Positions 54,171 through 63,400 of a stretch of 64,000 nt of DNA are shown piece by piece (the first letter of the stretch is position 1; every line of letters begins with the position of its first letter). Origin of the DNA: a virus; IMG/VR virus record IMGVR_UViG_3300031519_004559; one strand, written 5' to 3'. The notes under the pieces are model-generated. The model had not been told where the DNA came from. It saw only the letters and a program-made list of their open reading frames with translations, and did not search any database. A program made the translations under genes and the position numbers.

Positions 54171-54199
54171 ATTTTAACTGATATTAATCAGATTGTCAA
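54171..54199 (-). promoter_or_regulatory. Sigma70-type promoter (DnaE fragment; leaderless)
   Basis: TTGACA-17-TAAAAT, 6 nt before the ATG. Confidence 0.8.
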
Positions 54200-54410
54200 G
54201 AGAATTTTCGCCATCTTCGGCAGAAATATTTTGAGTCATCTTAGATGACCTGTTAGTTGATTCGGCTTTAAGTTCATCTAAAATTAGCGTCATCTGTGCT
54301 TGAACGCCGGGGTTATGTGTTTGCCAATACTTTGTTGATAAATCGACAATTTTCTCGTGTAAGTCTGCGTCAGATAGATCTCTAAAATTATCTATTAACG
54401 GATGACTCAT
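54174..54410 (-). CDS. Hypothetical protein
   Basis: TAATG-coupled ORF. Confidence 0.55.
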   Translation of the reverse strand: MSHPLIDNFRDLSDADLHEKIVDLSTKYWQTHNPGVQAQMTLILDELKAESTNRSSKMTQNISAEDGENSLDNLINIS

Positions 54411-54976
54411 TATGCTCCAAACTCACCAATATAGTCTGCAAATACAATACCACCTGCATTTGTTGTCCAAAAGTCTACTATTGCTCTTTTTGCTGTATTG
54501 CTAACAACAAATGATGCAGGAAATCCAGGGCCTTTAATAATTGAGCCAGCTATTGCATTCCAAGTAATTACTTTGGTCACATCGCTAGTACTAACTTCTA
54601 CACGCATTTTACTAAGTCTTCCGGATGTGCCCCACCCTGTTAGAGATAACGTAATATCATCACCTACTGTAAGTGTTTGGTAGTGTCCGTCAGACCAGTC
54701 AATATTTTGACCTGCACTAATAGTGCCAATGCTGTTAACTTCTTCAGTGTTAGCAAGAAGATTTGCATCTAAAATGTTGTTACCATTAAAGTCATTTGCA
54801 GCATTTAATTTTGCTGTAGTTGTGTCCAGTGTAGATAAGTCTGTCGCTGCATTGCCCATCTGTGTCTTGATAACATTGAAATTGTCTCTAAAACCTTGTG
54901 AATCGTTATCTACCCCAGCTACAGGATATAATGCATCTATACTTTGTATTGAACTTGAACTTATTGTGATTGCCAT
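54410..54976 (-). CDS. Virion structural protein
   Basis: YPVAGVDNDSQGFRDNF; beta-rich C-terminus; late promoter. Confidence 0.65.
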   Translation of the reverse strand: MAITISSSSIQSIDALYPVAGVDNDSQGFRDNFNVIKTQMGNAATDLSTLDTTTAKLNAANDFNGNNILDANLLANTEEVNSIGTISAGQNIDWSDGHYQTLTVGDDITLSLTGWGTSGRLSKMRVEVSTSDVTKVITWNAIAGSIIKGPGFPASFVVSNTAKRAIVDFWTTNAGGIVFADYIGEFGA

Positions 54977-54994
54977 TTTTTGTTTCTCCGTTAA

Positions 54995-55002
54995 TATTTA
55001 TG
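54995..55002 (-). promoter_or_regulatory. Late-type promoter
   Basis: CATAAATA upstream of a structural gene. Confidence 0.6.
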
Positions 55003-55006
55003 TCTA

Positions 55007-57556
55007 TTAGACATTGTGTTTGTAATTTGCGAACATAATGTATTTCTCATCTGATACGCCTTCTGTGCTATCGATTACATATCTATCAATATCATAATTA
55101 AATTGATTAAATTTAGTATTAGTATTTGCAATAGCATTTTTAATAATATTACTCTGTCCAGGTAGAGTGTAACATAATGGAATAGCATTTACGAATCCTA
55201 ATGTGGCAATTGCTCCTGGTTGTGAAGTACGCATCCATAACGGTAAGAAGTTAATTTCTGTTTCGCCTAAGGCACGTAGTCTATCTCTCATATTATCAAT
55301 GCTAGAGATAAATCGTTTTGTGTCGTTTGCACCGTCTATAGTAATTGCATCAGAGTCAACTTTTATTGCATTCTCTGGTGACGGCCTAAATCTATACGGA
55401 TCAGTAGTTCCGGTAGTTATAGGGCTTAATATATCAACACTGTTATTAACGCCAACGTAAAATCCATCGCCGGTGGATATTATTGCTGTTGATCCGTCTC
55501 GGATAGTAACTGTAAGGCTAGGCAATAATTCTATTGCTACGGTTGAAAATCTTCTACTGCCTAACTCAATAACATCTGCATCTATTAAGTCAATGGGTTG
55601 TCCTGGAACAGTATAGCCAGCTGAAGTATACTTTTCAGAATTAACACTGTTTTCTTGAGTATTTCTAATTGTAAAACTGTTTCTAGTCTTAACTCCAGTT
55701 GTGCTTTCTGCAGGATCAATCACTTCAATATATACCACTTCATAAACAATAGTATCACTGCCTGGGTTCTTAGCTATGGCAGTTTTTACTTCACCTAGCT
55801 TATATGTTTTACGCATATGATTTTTTGATGCAGCCGCAACGTATCTGTTAATTAATTTTGTTTCAATGCCTGCATAGATTAACATTTGTAATTGTTTTTG
55901 CAATCCAAAGTTAGGGTCGTTAGGTCTATATATTTTGTCGTTTTCGAATATTCTACTATCAGTAATAATTTCTGTAAGTGCGCTTCTTTGAGTTTGTCTT
56001 AAAAATGGACGTACACTAATATTACTATACAACTTGTCGTCTGGATCGCTGACTGATAATGTAAATTGTCTTTCAATTTTACTATAACCGAAGTGGTCTT
56101 TAACACTTACTGTAAATGTATACATCCTGTCAACATTTGTAGTATTCCCGTCAAGTGTTAGAGTCTGACTATCAAAAATTGTAAGCCCAGGATTAGCTAC
56201 TGTACCAAAACTATTAATTTTACCTATTATGTCACCACCTGGACCTAATCTTAGTCCCGGCGGCAAACTGCCACTTTCTAAAACATACAGTAGATTTGCA
56301 TTAGGTACTGTTGTGTTTGCAGTTACAGACAAAGTACTAATATAGTTAGAGCTTATCAATCCAAGGCTGCTAGATGTTTTCCATGTTAAGACACTGTCTA
56401 TTTCGCCTAATAATTTTATAGTAAACGTCTTGTTTTTAAACGGTTGGTCGTCAACATTTACTTCTGTACGAGTCGCTCGTACTGTAAATTTGTATTCTAT
56501 TGTAATAGCAGGTTGATAAGGAACTTTGCCTCCTAGTTCACCTGTTTGTGTATCAAGCAATAGCCCTGGAGGTAGCACACTTGCACTGCCGTCGTCGTTC
56601 AACGACTGTAAAGAATATGTTATTATGCCAGTATCTGGATTAGGGTCAATAACGTCAAGATATAATGTAACATAGTTATTTGCCCGTCTAAAACCAAAGT
56701 TTGCAGGAGTTAACCAAATTGGCACTCTAACATTAGATATGTCTGCTGTAAAGATACCATTTGCAACTTGCATAATAGTATTGTCTGCTCTAAGAAAATC
56801 ATCCCCTACAACATAAATTTTAAAAGTTCTGTCAGTATAATCATCACCGTCTGAAACACGTACGATGAATTCGTAATATCTGTTTAATTTTCTTGGAGAC
56901 TTAGTAACAACATTAATGTCATATGAGCCTAGGTCATAAAAATAACTGTCAAATCCGTTTCCTGATCTTTCACCAAAATCATATGGAAAACTTCCGTAGT
57001 TATTAGCATCAAAGAATCCTGAACCTGCTGGTTTTTCTAATGCAAGAATAGGTTCTACAATGCCGGCTAATCGTCCGTCTACTGTAAGCGTAATGCCTGG
57101 AGGCAACTCGCCTCGAATCTTAGTATATTCTAACAGGTCTCCAGCTGAAGTATCAGGGTCGGTTGCGATAAGTTGATAATCTAACGGAGCACTGTCAATT
57201 ATGAATAGCGCATCATTAGAGCCAACTGGCAAACTTCCTTCGGGGGTGGTCCATACAGGCTCGTCTGCGCCCGTAACAATTACATTAAATGTTCTATCGC
57301 TTATTAACCCATTTAGAGTTGCTCTAACGCAAAATTCGTATTTTGTATCACGTGCAACCTCAAATGGAGTGCCTACTAATTCGTACCCATTTAAGCGCAT
57401 TCCACTAGGAATAGTGCCTGATATAACTGCTATAGTCATTCCTGAAGTTGCCATTGGCAAGTATCTACCATTAGCAGGTAACGCTAAACTTGTAGTTATA
57501 CGTTCTTCTATCGTTGCTATAGTTTTATCAGACTGTAATGTCCAAAAGTCTGCCAT
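55007..57556 (-). CDS. Baseplate/tail protein with putative Ig (He_PIG-like) repeats
   Basis: Repeated G.LPPG(L/I).L...G...G motifs; late promoter. Confidence 0.75.
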   Translation of the reverse strand: MADFWTLQSDKTIATIEERITTSLALPANGRYLPMATSGMTIAVISGTIPSGMRLNGYELVGTPFEVARDTKYEFCVRATLNGLISDRTFNVIVTGADEPVWTTPEGSLPVGSNDALFIIDSAPLDYQLIATDPDTSAGDLLEYTKIRGELPPGITLTVDGRLAGIVEPILALEKPAGSGFFDANNYGSFPYDFGERSGNGFDSYFYDLGSYDINVVTKSPRKLNRYYEFIVRVSDGDDYTDRTFKIYVVGDDFLRADNTIMQVANGIFTADISNVRVPIWLTPANFGFRRANNYVTLYLDVIDPNPDTGIITYSLQSLNDDGSASVLPPGLLLDTQTGELGGKVPYQPAITIEYKFTVRATRTEVNVDDQPFKNKTFTIKLLGEIDSVLTWKTSSSLGLISSNYISTLSVTANTTVPNANLLYVLESGSLPPGLRLGPGGDIIGKINSFGTVANPGLTIFDSQTLTLDGNTTNVDRMYTFTVSVKDHFGYSKIERQFTLSVSDPDDKLYSNISVRPFLRQTQRSALTEIITDSRIFENDKIYRPNDPNFGLQKQLQMLIYAGIETKLINRYVAAASKNHMRKTYKLGEVKTAIAKNPGSDTIVYEVVYIEVIDPAESTTGVKTRNSFTIRNTQENSVNSEKYTSAGYTVPGQPIDLIDADVIELGSRRFSTVAIELLPSLTVTIRDGSTAIISTGDGFYVGVNNSVDILSPITTGTTDPYRFRPSPENAIKVDSDAITIDGANDTKRFISSIDNMRDRLRALGETEINFLPLWMRTSQPGAIATLGFVNAIPLCYTLPGQSNIIKNAIANTNTKFNQFNYDIDRYVIDSTEGVSDEKYIMFANYKHNV

Positions 57557-57574
57557 GTAATACTCCTTATATTG

Positions 57575-57582
57575 TATTTATC
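57575..57582 (-). promoter_or_regulatory. Late-type promoter (Ig-repeat baseplate gene)
   Basis: GATAAATA. Confidence 0.65.
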
Positions 57583-57589
57583 GGAGTTA

Positions 57590-58291
57590 CTAAATAGCTC
57601 CAAGCTCGACGCTTGTTGCATTTGGTATAGTAAGAGATCCAAAATCTACATCTGTGTTTAGAGTAAACCATTCAGAAAAACTAGTTGCGCTAGGAATGAT
57701 AGCATCAAAGTCAAATCCAAATACAAATTTATCAAGATCACTTACATCTATTCCGTTTACAGTACCAGTTAACGGACCTACAAATGATGTTGCAGTTACC
57801 GTACCTGCAGCTTGAATATTGTTCCCGTCAGCATTTAATACTCCGCCTAGTTTAGGACTTGTGTCAGTTTCAACAAGATTAGTGCCGTCAACGTCAATAA
57901 ACACATCTTCTGATGTAACTCGTGTAGTTGTGCCACTACCACCTTGTATTCGAATAGTATTGTTGCCAGTGCCTAATACAACACTGCCACTATCGCTTAC
58001 AACAATTAGTTGTTTCATAGAAGCATCGCCGGATATAGTAAGACTGTTCCCGCCACCACTTAGACTAATATTTGATCCTGCAACAATACTCCTAAATTGT
58101 AGAGTGTTGTCACTTTTTTGTGCAAATAATCCTTCACCTAGTCCAAGGTTTGCTCCGTCGGATCCGTCTGCTGTACTTACTTTTGTATCTAAGTCTAAAA
58201 AGTTTGCGTTTACTTTATTAAATGCTTCGCGAACATCATCGCCGGTGCCGTCGTTTGCTATACTACCTATGTTTATACTTTGTATTGACAT
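57590..58291 (-). CDS. Baseplate/tail-fibre attachment protein (gp9/gp10-like N-terminus)
   Basis: INIG..ANDGTGD..R.AF.KVN.NF. Confidence 0.7.
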   Translation of the reverse strand: MSIQSINIGSIANDGTGDDVREAFNKVNANFLDLDTKVSTADGSDGANLGLGEGLFAQKSDNTLQFRSIVAGSNISLSGGGNSLTISGDASMKQLIVVSDSGSVVLGTGNNTIRIQGGSGTTTRVTSEDVFIDVDGTNLVETDTSPKLGGVLNADGNNIQAAGTVTATSFVGPLTGTVNGIDVSDLDKFVFGFDFDAIIPSATSFSEWFTLNTDVDFGSLTIPNATSVELGAI

Positions 58292-58304
58292 TTCTTATTC
58301 TCCG

Positions 58305-59921
58305 TTATGCGTTAATTGTAAATGATTGTCCAGCTGTTACTACCCAGCCGCCTGTAGTATATAATAAACTTACAGTGTCATATGTTGCGTTAAGTTCAAT
58401 TGACGTTCCGTTTGCAAAGGATGCAGGAGTAATAGTTGCTGTACTAGACCCACCCATCTTAATTATATGTTTAATTTGTCCTGACACACCGTTTGCTAGT
58501 GTAAAAGCATCTGTACCAGTTGTGATAATTTCAGTACTAGTTGTAGTTAAATTAATTACACCTGGGCCAGCTATTACTTGCATGCCACCTAAGACTACTC
58601 CGTGTAGTGTATTGTTAACACCGTCTACAAGTACTGTTGAATCATCACCAAACACACTACCTGTAAAATCACCTGTAATAGCAGGACTTGCTGTATGTGT
58701 AACTTCACCTGAAGTAACATCGTACATTAGCATTGTTGTACCAACAGCACTTCTAATTGGTGTAATTACTAAACTACTTGCTGTTGTATTTTCTACCGTA
58801 GCGCCAGTTGCGTTAAGTACAATTGAGTTTGCCGCTTGGTTTGTTTGACCTGCTTTTTGACCAATTGCTATTGCATTTTCGCCTTGACCATCGTACCCTG
58901 CAAGATGACCAATTGCTACTGCATCTTCACCTTGATTTGTTTTACCCGCTTCGAATCCAACTGCTACTGACTGTGCGCCTTGACTAGTATAGCCTGCAGT
59001 ACGACCAATTGCTACTGCATAGCCACCTTGACTAGTATTGCCTGCAAAATATCCAATTGCTATTGCCACTGTGCCTTGAGTTGTTTGACCTGCAGTACGA
59101 CCAATTGCTACTGCCGCGCCACCTTGACTAGTATTGCCTGCATAATGTCCAATTGCTACTGACTGTGCGCCTTGAGTTGTTTGTCCTGCGTGATAGCCAA
59201 GTGCAATTTCTGATTCACTTGTGCGTAAACTTGCTGTGTCTACTGCGCCAACAATCTTATTGTTAACACCGTCTACAAGTAATGTACTATCATCGCCAAA
59301 CACACTACCTATTATATCGCCATCATGCGGTGCGCCTGCTAGTTGTGCATCAGTAATGCCAAAGCCTGCTAGTGTAGTCGGCTTGTTTGTTATTTCTGAA
59401 AAGTGAACAGTTGTATTAACAAATGCTGTGCCGTTGTATTTTAAAATTTGATTAGCAACAGCACCAGTTAGTACTACATTTTGCAATTCACCAAGATCTT
59501 GATTAGTTAGGTCAATGCTTGCATCGGCAATATTGCCCGGCTCATATCTACCTAAACTTGTATCGTAAATTAATGCTTGTCCGTTTGTTGCTTGTGTGCT
59601 TCCTACATCCGATAAATCTTCTGTACTAGCTGGAATACTAGGACGTCCGGTCAGGGCGGCATATGTTCCGTCAAACAATGAAGGCGTATTACTTAGGTCT
59701 GTATAACTGTTTGTTAGTGCAACAGTTCCTAATGGGTTACCATTTATGCTTACGCTATTACTATCTACAACAAGATTAGCAACAGTTAATGTGCCGCTTG
59801 CTGTGATATTAACAGCGTTCACAATACTGTTTGTGTTAAGATTTAAACTATCATTTGCTGGTAGTTCTTTAATCTTATTATTATCTGTTGTGTCTATTAC
59901 TAGCGGATATCTTACTGCCAT
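58305..59921 (-). CDS. Tail fibre with YadA-head-like repeats
   Basis: 16-aa G..Q.G..(S/A)VAIG..A repeats; TTLAGFGITD motif. Confidence 0.75.
   Translation of the reverse strand: MAVRYPLVIDTTDNNKIKELPANDSLNLNTNSIVNAVNITASGTLTVANLVVDSNSVSINGNPLGTVALTNSYTDLSNTPSLFDGTYAALTGRPSIPASTEDLSDVGSTQATNGQALIYDTSLGRYEPGNIADASIDLTNQDLGELQNVVLTGAVANQILKYNGTAFVNTTVHFSEITNKPTTLAGFGITDAQLAGAPHDGDIIGSVFGDDSTLLVDGVNNKIVGAVDTASLRTSESEIALGYHAGQTTQGAQSVAIGHYAGNTSQGGAAVAIGRTAGQTTQGTVAIAIGYFAGNTSQGGYAVAIGRTAGYTSQGAQSVAVGFEAGKTNQGEDAVAIGHLAGYDGQGENAIAIGQKAGQTNQAANSIVLNATGATVENTTASSLVITPIRSAVGTTMLMYDVTSGEVTHTASPAITGDFTGSVFGDDSTVLVDGVNNTLHGVVLGGMQVIAGPGVINLTTTSTEIITTGTDAFTLANGVSGQIKHIIKMGGSSTATITPASFANGTSIELNATYDTVSLLYTTGGWVVTAGQSFTINA
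58840..59205 (-). repeat. About eight tandem 48-bp (16-aa) repeats
   Basis: Recurrent ccaattgcta / ccttgactagta units on the + strand. Confidence 0.8.
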
Positions 59922-59939
59922 TTTATTTTCCTATATCTA

Positions 59940-59947
59940 TATTTAGT
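59940..59947 (-). promoter_or_regulatory. Late-type promoter (tail fibre)
   Basis: ACTAAATA upstream of the SD. Confidence 0.55.
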
Positions 59948-60485
59948 GTAAATCTGCCCATCCAGCTGTACTATCATTATTAGCATCTGCTGCATAGCCT
60001 TGGAATTTTCCTGTTGTAGTATTGTATACAAATAACCCTTCTGCTGTAGTTAGTGCATCTATTGCTGCTTGAGTCAGCATAGGGGCTTTAAAACTACTTG
60101 GTTCAGCAGGACCTACAATCTTGCTGTTAACTCCGTCAACTAATATTGTTGAGTCGTCACCAAATATTGATCCAGTAACGTCACCGTCTACCTTTATACT
60201 TGCTCCGTTAACAACTAAGTTACCTTGGGCATCTGCTTGTAGTCTTGCATTACCAATGTAAACAAAATCTTTTACATGTAAGTCAGACCACCTTTTAGTA
60301 GAACTACCTAATGCTCTAGTCCCGTCAGTAGTAGGTATCATGTTAGATCCTATACTGTCTAAGTCTAGTGTGGTTGCTGCATACAGTTCGTCAAAGTTAT
60401 CGTTGATTTTGTCAAAGGCTGTGCGTAACGGATCGCCGTCACCTTTGTTTATACTTGTACCAATGTTTACAATTTGCTTCGCCAT
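59943..60485 (-). CDS. Baseplate/tail-fibre protein (gp9/gp10-like N-terminus)
   Basis: VNIGTSINKGDGDPLRTAFDKINDNF. Confidence 0.7.
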   Translation of the reverse strand: MAKQIVNIGTSINKGDGDPLRTAFDKINDNFDELYAATTLDLDSIGSNMIPTTDGTRALGSSTKRWSDLHVKDFVYIGNARLQADAQGNLVVNGASIKVDGDVTGSIFGDDSTILVDGVNSKIVGPAEPSSFKAPMLTQAAIDALTTAEGLFVYNTTTGKFQGYAADANNDSTAGWADLH

Positions 60486-63400
60486 TATACTCTCCCTACC
60501 ACAACTTCAACAATGCCTTTGCCGTCGTCTGGTTTATTACCTACTGCTTTACCAATAACTTGACCAACACCTGGCGTGTTATTAACTATTGCATAACCTG
60601 GAATACTTGCTGTTACTAACATGTCGCCTTTATTAACAAGGCCTAGTACTTTACACGGTACACGCCCTTGTAAGCCTATTGCTGTAACATGATCACCTTG
60701 TAATGCACTGTTCATTAAGTGTGCTGGATTAGTTGATACTACACCAGCAACTCTTGTATTGCCTTTTGTATTTGTAACTGTGACTTCTTCTTCGCCGCCA
60801 AATACAACAACAGTTCCTTCTTCATAGTCTGCATCTGCTAAGTAATTCTCCGCCAAGTCAGCGTATTGTGCTGACGTTGCTGTGCCTTCAAACACAGTAG
60901 CATAGACTGTGTTCCACTTTCTTGCACTAGCGCCTAAGTTTCTATTGTTTCCAGTATCATCAGGCTCAATATGACTGTCAATTCTAGAAGTAAATGTTAC
61001 AGTATCTGTTGTTGCATTACCTAGGTCAACGTTACCATTAAATGTAGCAGTTCCGCCTACGGTCATTCCAGCAACTACTGCTACAACACCACTACCTTTT
61101 CCGTCTAGTGACAAGTTTGTATTAGTGCCGCTGTATGCTATAATTGAATCAACCTTTAAAGTATCATTAATTGCAACGCCGCCGGTGCCGTCTCCCGACA
61201 GTACTAAATCAGCATTGTTAGCTACTGTACTAATTGCATCGACATGTAGACCTGCATCATTTACGTATGCTTCAGTAGTGCCGTTGGTTACAAATACAAT
61301 AGTGTTTGCTGCACTTTCTGAAAAGCCTCCACCTGCACCTATACCGATACCAGTTGAAGTACCAGTACGTTCAGTTAGGGCTTCGATGAAGTTTGTGTAT
61401 ATCCAATCTGTTGATATATACCCTTCATCAGTATAACTACTTGCTGTTTGGAAATTACTTTCCGTTGCTATAGCTGTATCACCTACATCAATACTTCCTG
61501 GGAACGCAGTTACAAGTGAAGCACTTGTTGTTCCTGTTGAATTTAATATAACAGCTTGACCTGGTGTTTTAAGTGTTAATGTTGTTCCCGTACCAGTAGT
61601 TGTTGCAACTTCGTAACTATCTGCGCCACCTAATACAAGTCCTGATACTCTAATAGCACCGTCACTTAATGTTTTAACAATTCGACTAGCTTCACCACTT
61701 ACAGTAATTTCAATAGCGCCATATGTTGCAGCCGCTGTACGTATTAGAACTTCGTCTCCACTTGAGCCAAAAGCACCAAATTCACTATCTCTTAGCGCAC
61801 CGCCTTGATCAAGCACTGTGTCAAAACTAATTGCTGTTACAGCACCAGCACTTGCAGCACTTCTACCTAATACAGTATCAGTTGCCACCCATTGTAGTTT
61901 ACTCGGAGTAATACCTGTTGTTGTTGAAGTACTTGTTTGTAATTCTACAAAGCCAGATGTGTGTGTAAACTCTGTATTCTTAAATGTAGCAAGTCCTAGG
62001 TCAGCTTGTGCAATTCCTGTAGCATTTGCTCTAGTACCTGCTGTACTCATAGCAAGTTTACTTTGTGCAATAGCCGCAGTTGACGACACATCAGCATCTA
62101 TTAAACTGCCTGCCTCGTACTGGAAGTTATATTCTGCACCACCAGATGTTCTTGTAACAGTTACATTAATGTCACTGCCTGCTGATTCACTAGCGTGTGT
62201 AAGTTCTGGGAACGGTCCGCCTACGTCTGCTTGTAGTGCAGTTGTAAGACCAACTGCTGATGCAGTACCATTTGTTATAGTATCGTTGTCTGGATCAAAT
62301 GTTCCTGTACTAACAGTATAAACAATTTTTCTAATACTGCCAAACTGTTCGTCAGTTAATGTTTCTAAATCTACTATAACTCCTGTAGCAGTTGGTGAGC
62401 TAGGATCGTTTTGTATTGTGTTACCAACACCAAATGTTCCGCCAGTTTCTAGTTGTGTGTAAATGATTTGCTTACCACTAAACACTGCAAGTTCGTTTGC
62501 TCCAACAGTTCCTATAGACGTGTCTCGCATCGACTTTACATTAGCAAATGCGTTAGCATTATCATCAACATAGTTTTTGTTAGTAGCATCACTGCCACTA
62601 AGTGGATTACCTAAGTTCTGAACTTTGTTTGAGTTTAAATTTAAATTGCCCTCCATGGAACTTAGTCCATTTAGAGGAAGGAAACCTGTTCCAATTCTAT
62701 TACCAGAACTAGGTATTTGTGCGCCTGACTTAACATTAAATCCTAATACTCTATTAATGTATCCGCCAACTGCTTTCTCTGTTGGTGCTGCCTGACCTGA
62801 ATCATCAGCAAAACTATCATCAGCACTAAACTCATTAATAGTAACACCCTTTTTAAAGCCAAGTGCGTTAGCGTTTGATAACCCAATTTCGCCAGCAAAT
62901 GTAATATCACCTGTTGCTTGGTCTACACTAAAGAACTTACCAACACGGAAGAAACCGCTTTGATCTGTACTTACAAAGAACACACGCCCTTTACGTCTTT
63001 CCCACACTTGGGCAGTTGTTGCAGTTTGGGCATCAGTATAAAAGTCAGCTAAACTATTAACTGGATCACCCAAAATAACATTTGGATAGTTTGAGTCGTT
63101 AAATCCGCCTGTACCTATCTGTGTAAAGTCGTGTCCTGTTGCTCTCATAAGTGAGATAGCAACTGTAATTTCACCTGTTGACCCTGCAGGTAAGCCTGCT
63201 GTAATTGTTCTATCATTTGCCGGCACTGCACTAGCTAAGCCTGCGCCACCGTATGCGCTAATATTTGTAGCTGCAACATCTACAAAAGTAATAAATGCCC
63301 AGCTAGTTAAGTCTATAACTGAAGGAACACTGTCAGCACCTAGTGCTCCGCTAGTTGTGCCAGTCCATGTATCAGTAGTATTAAACGTCCCTGTTACATT

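Noticed and set aside
58840-59205. Tandem repeats as a CRISPR array or DGR template/variable repeat
   Set aside because: In-frame coding repeats without unique spacers; differences are not adenine-specific; no cas gene or reverse transcriptase in the window.
6888-62321. Many plus-strand ORFs antisense to long minus-strand genes (e.g. 7626..8150, 28308..28805, 30006..30560, 57819..58325)
   Set aside because: Shadow ORFs arising from codon bias; no motifs or SD, and they largely or fully overlap well-supported genes.
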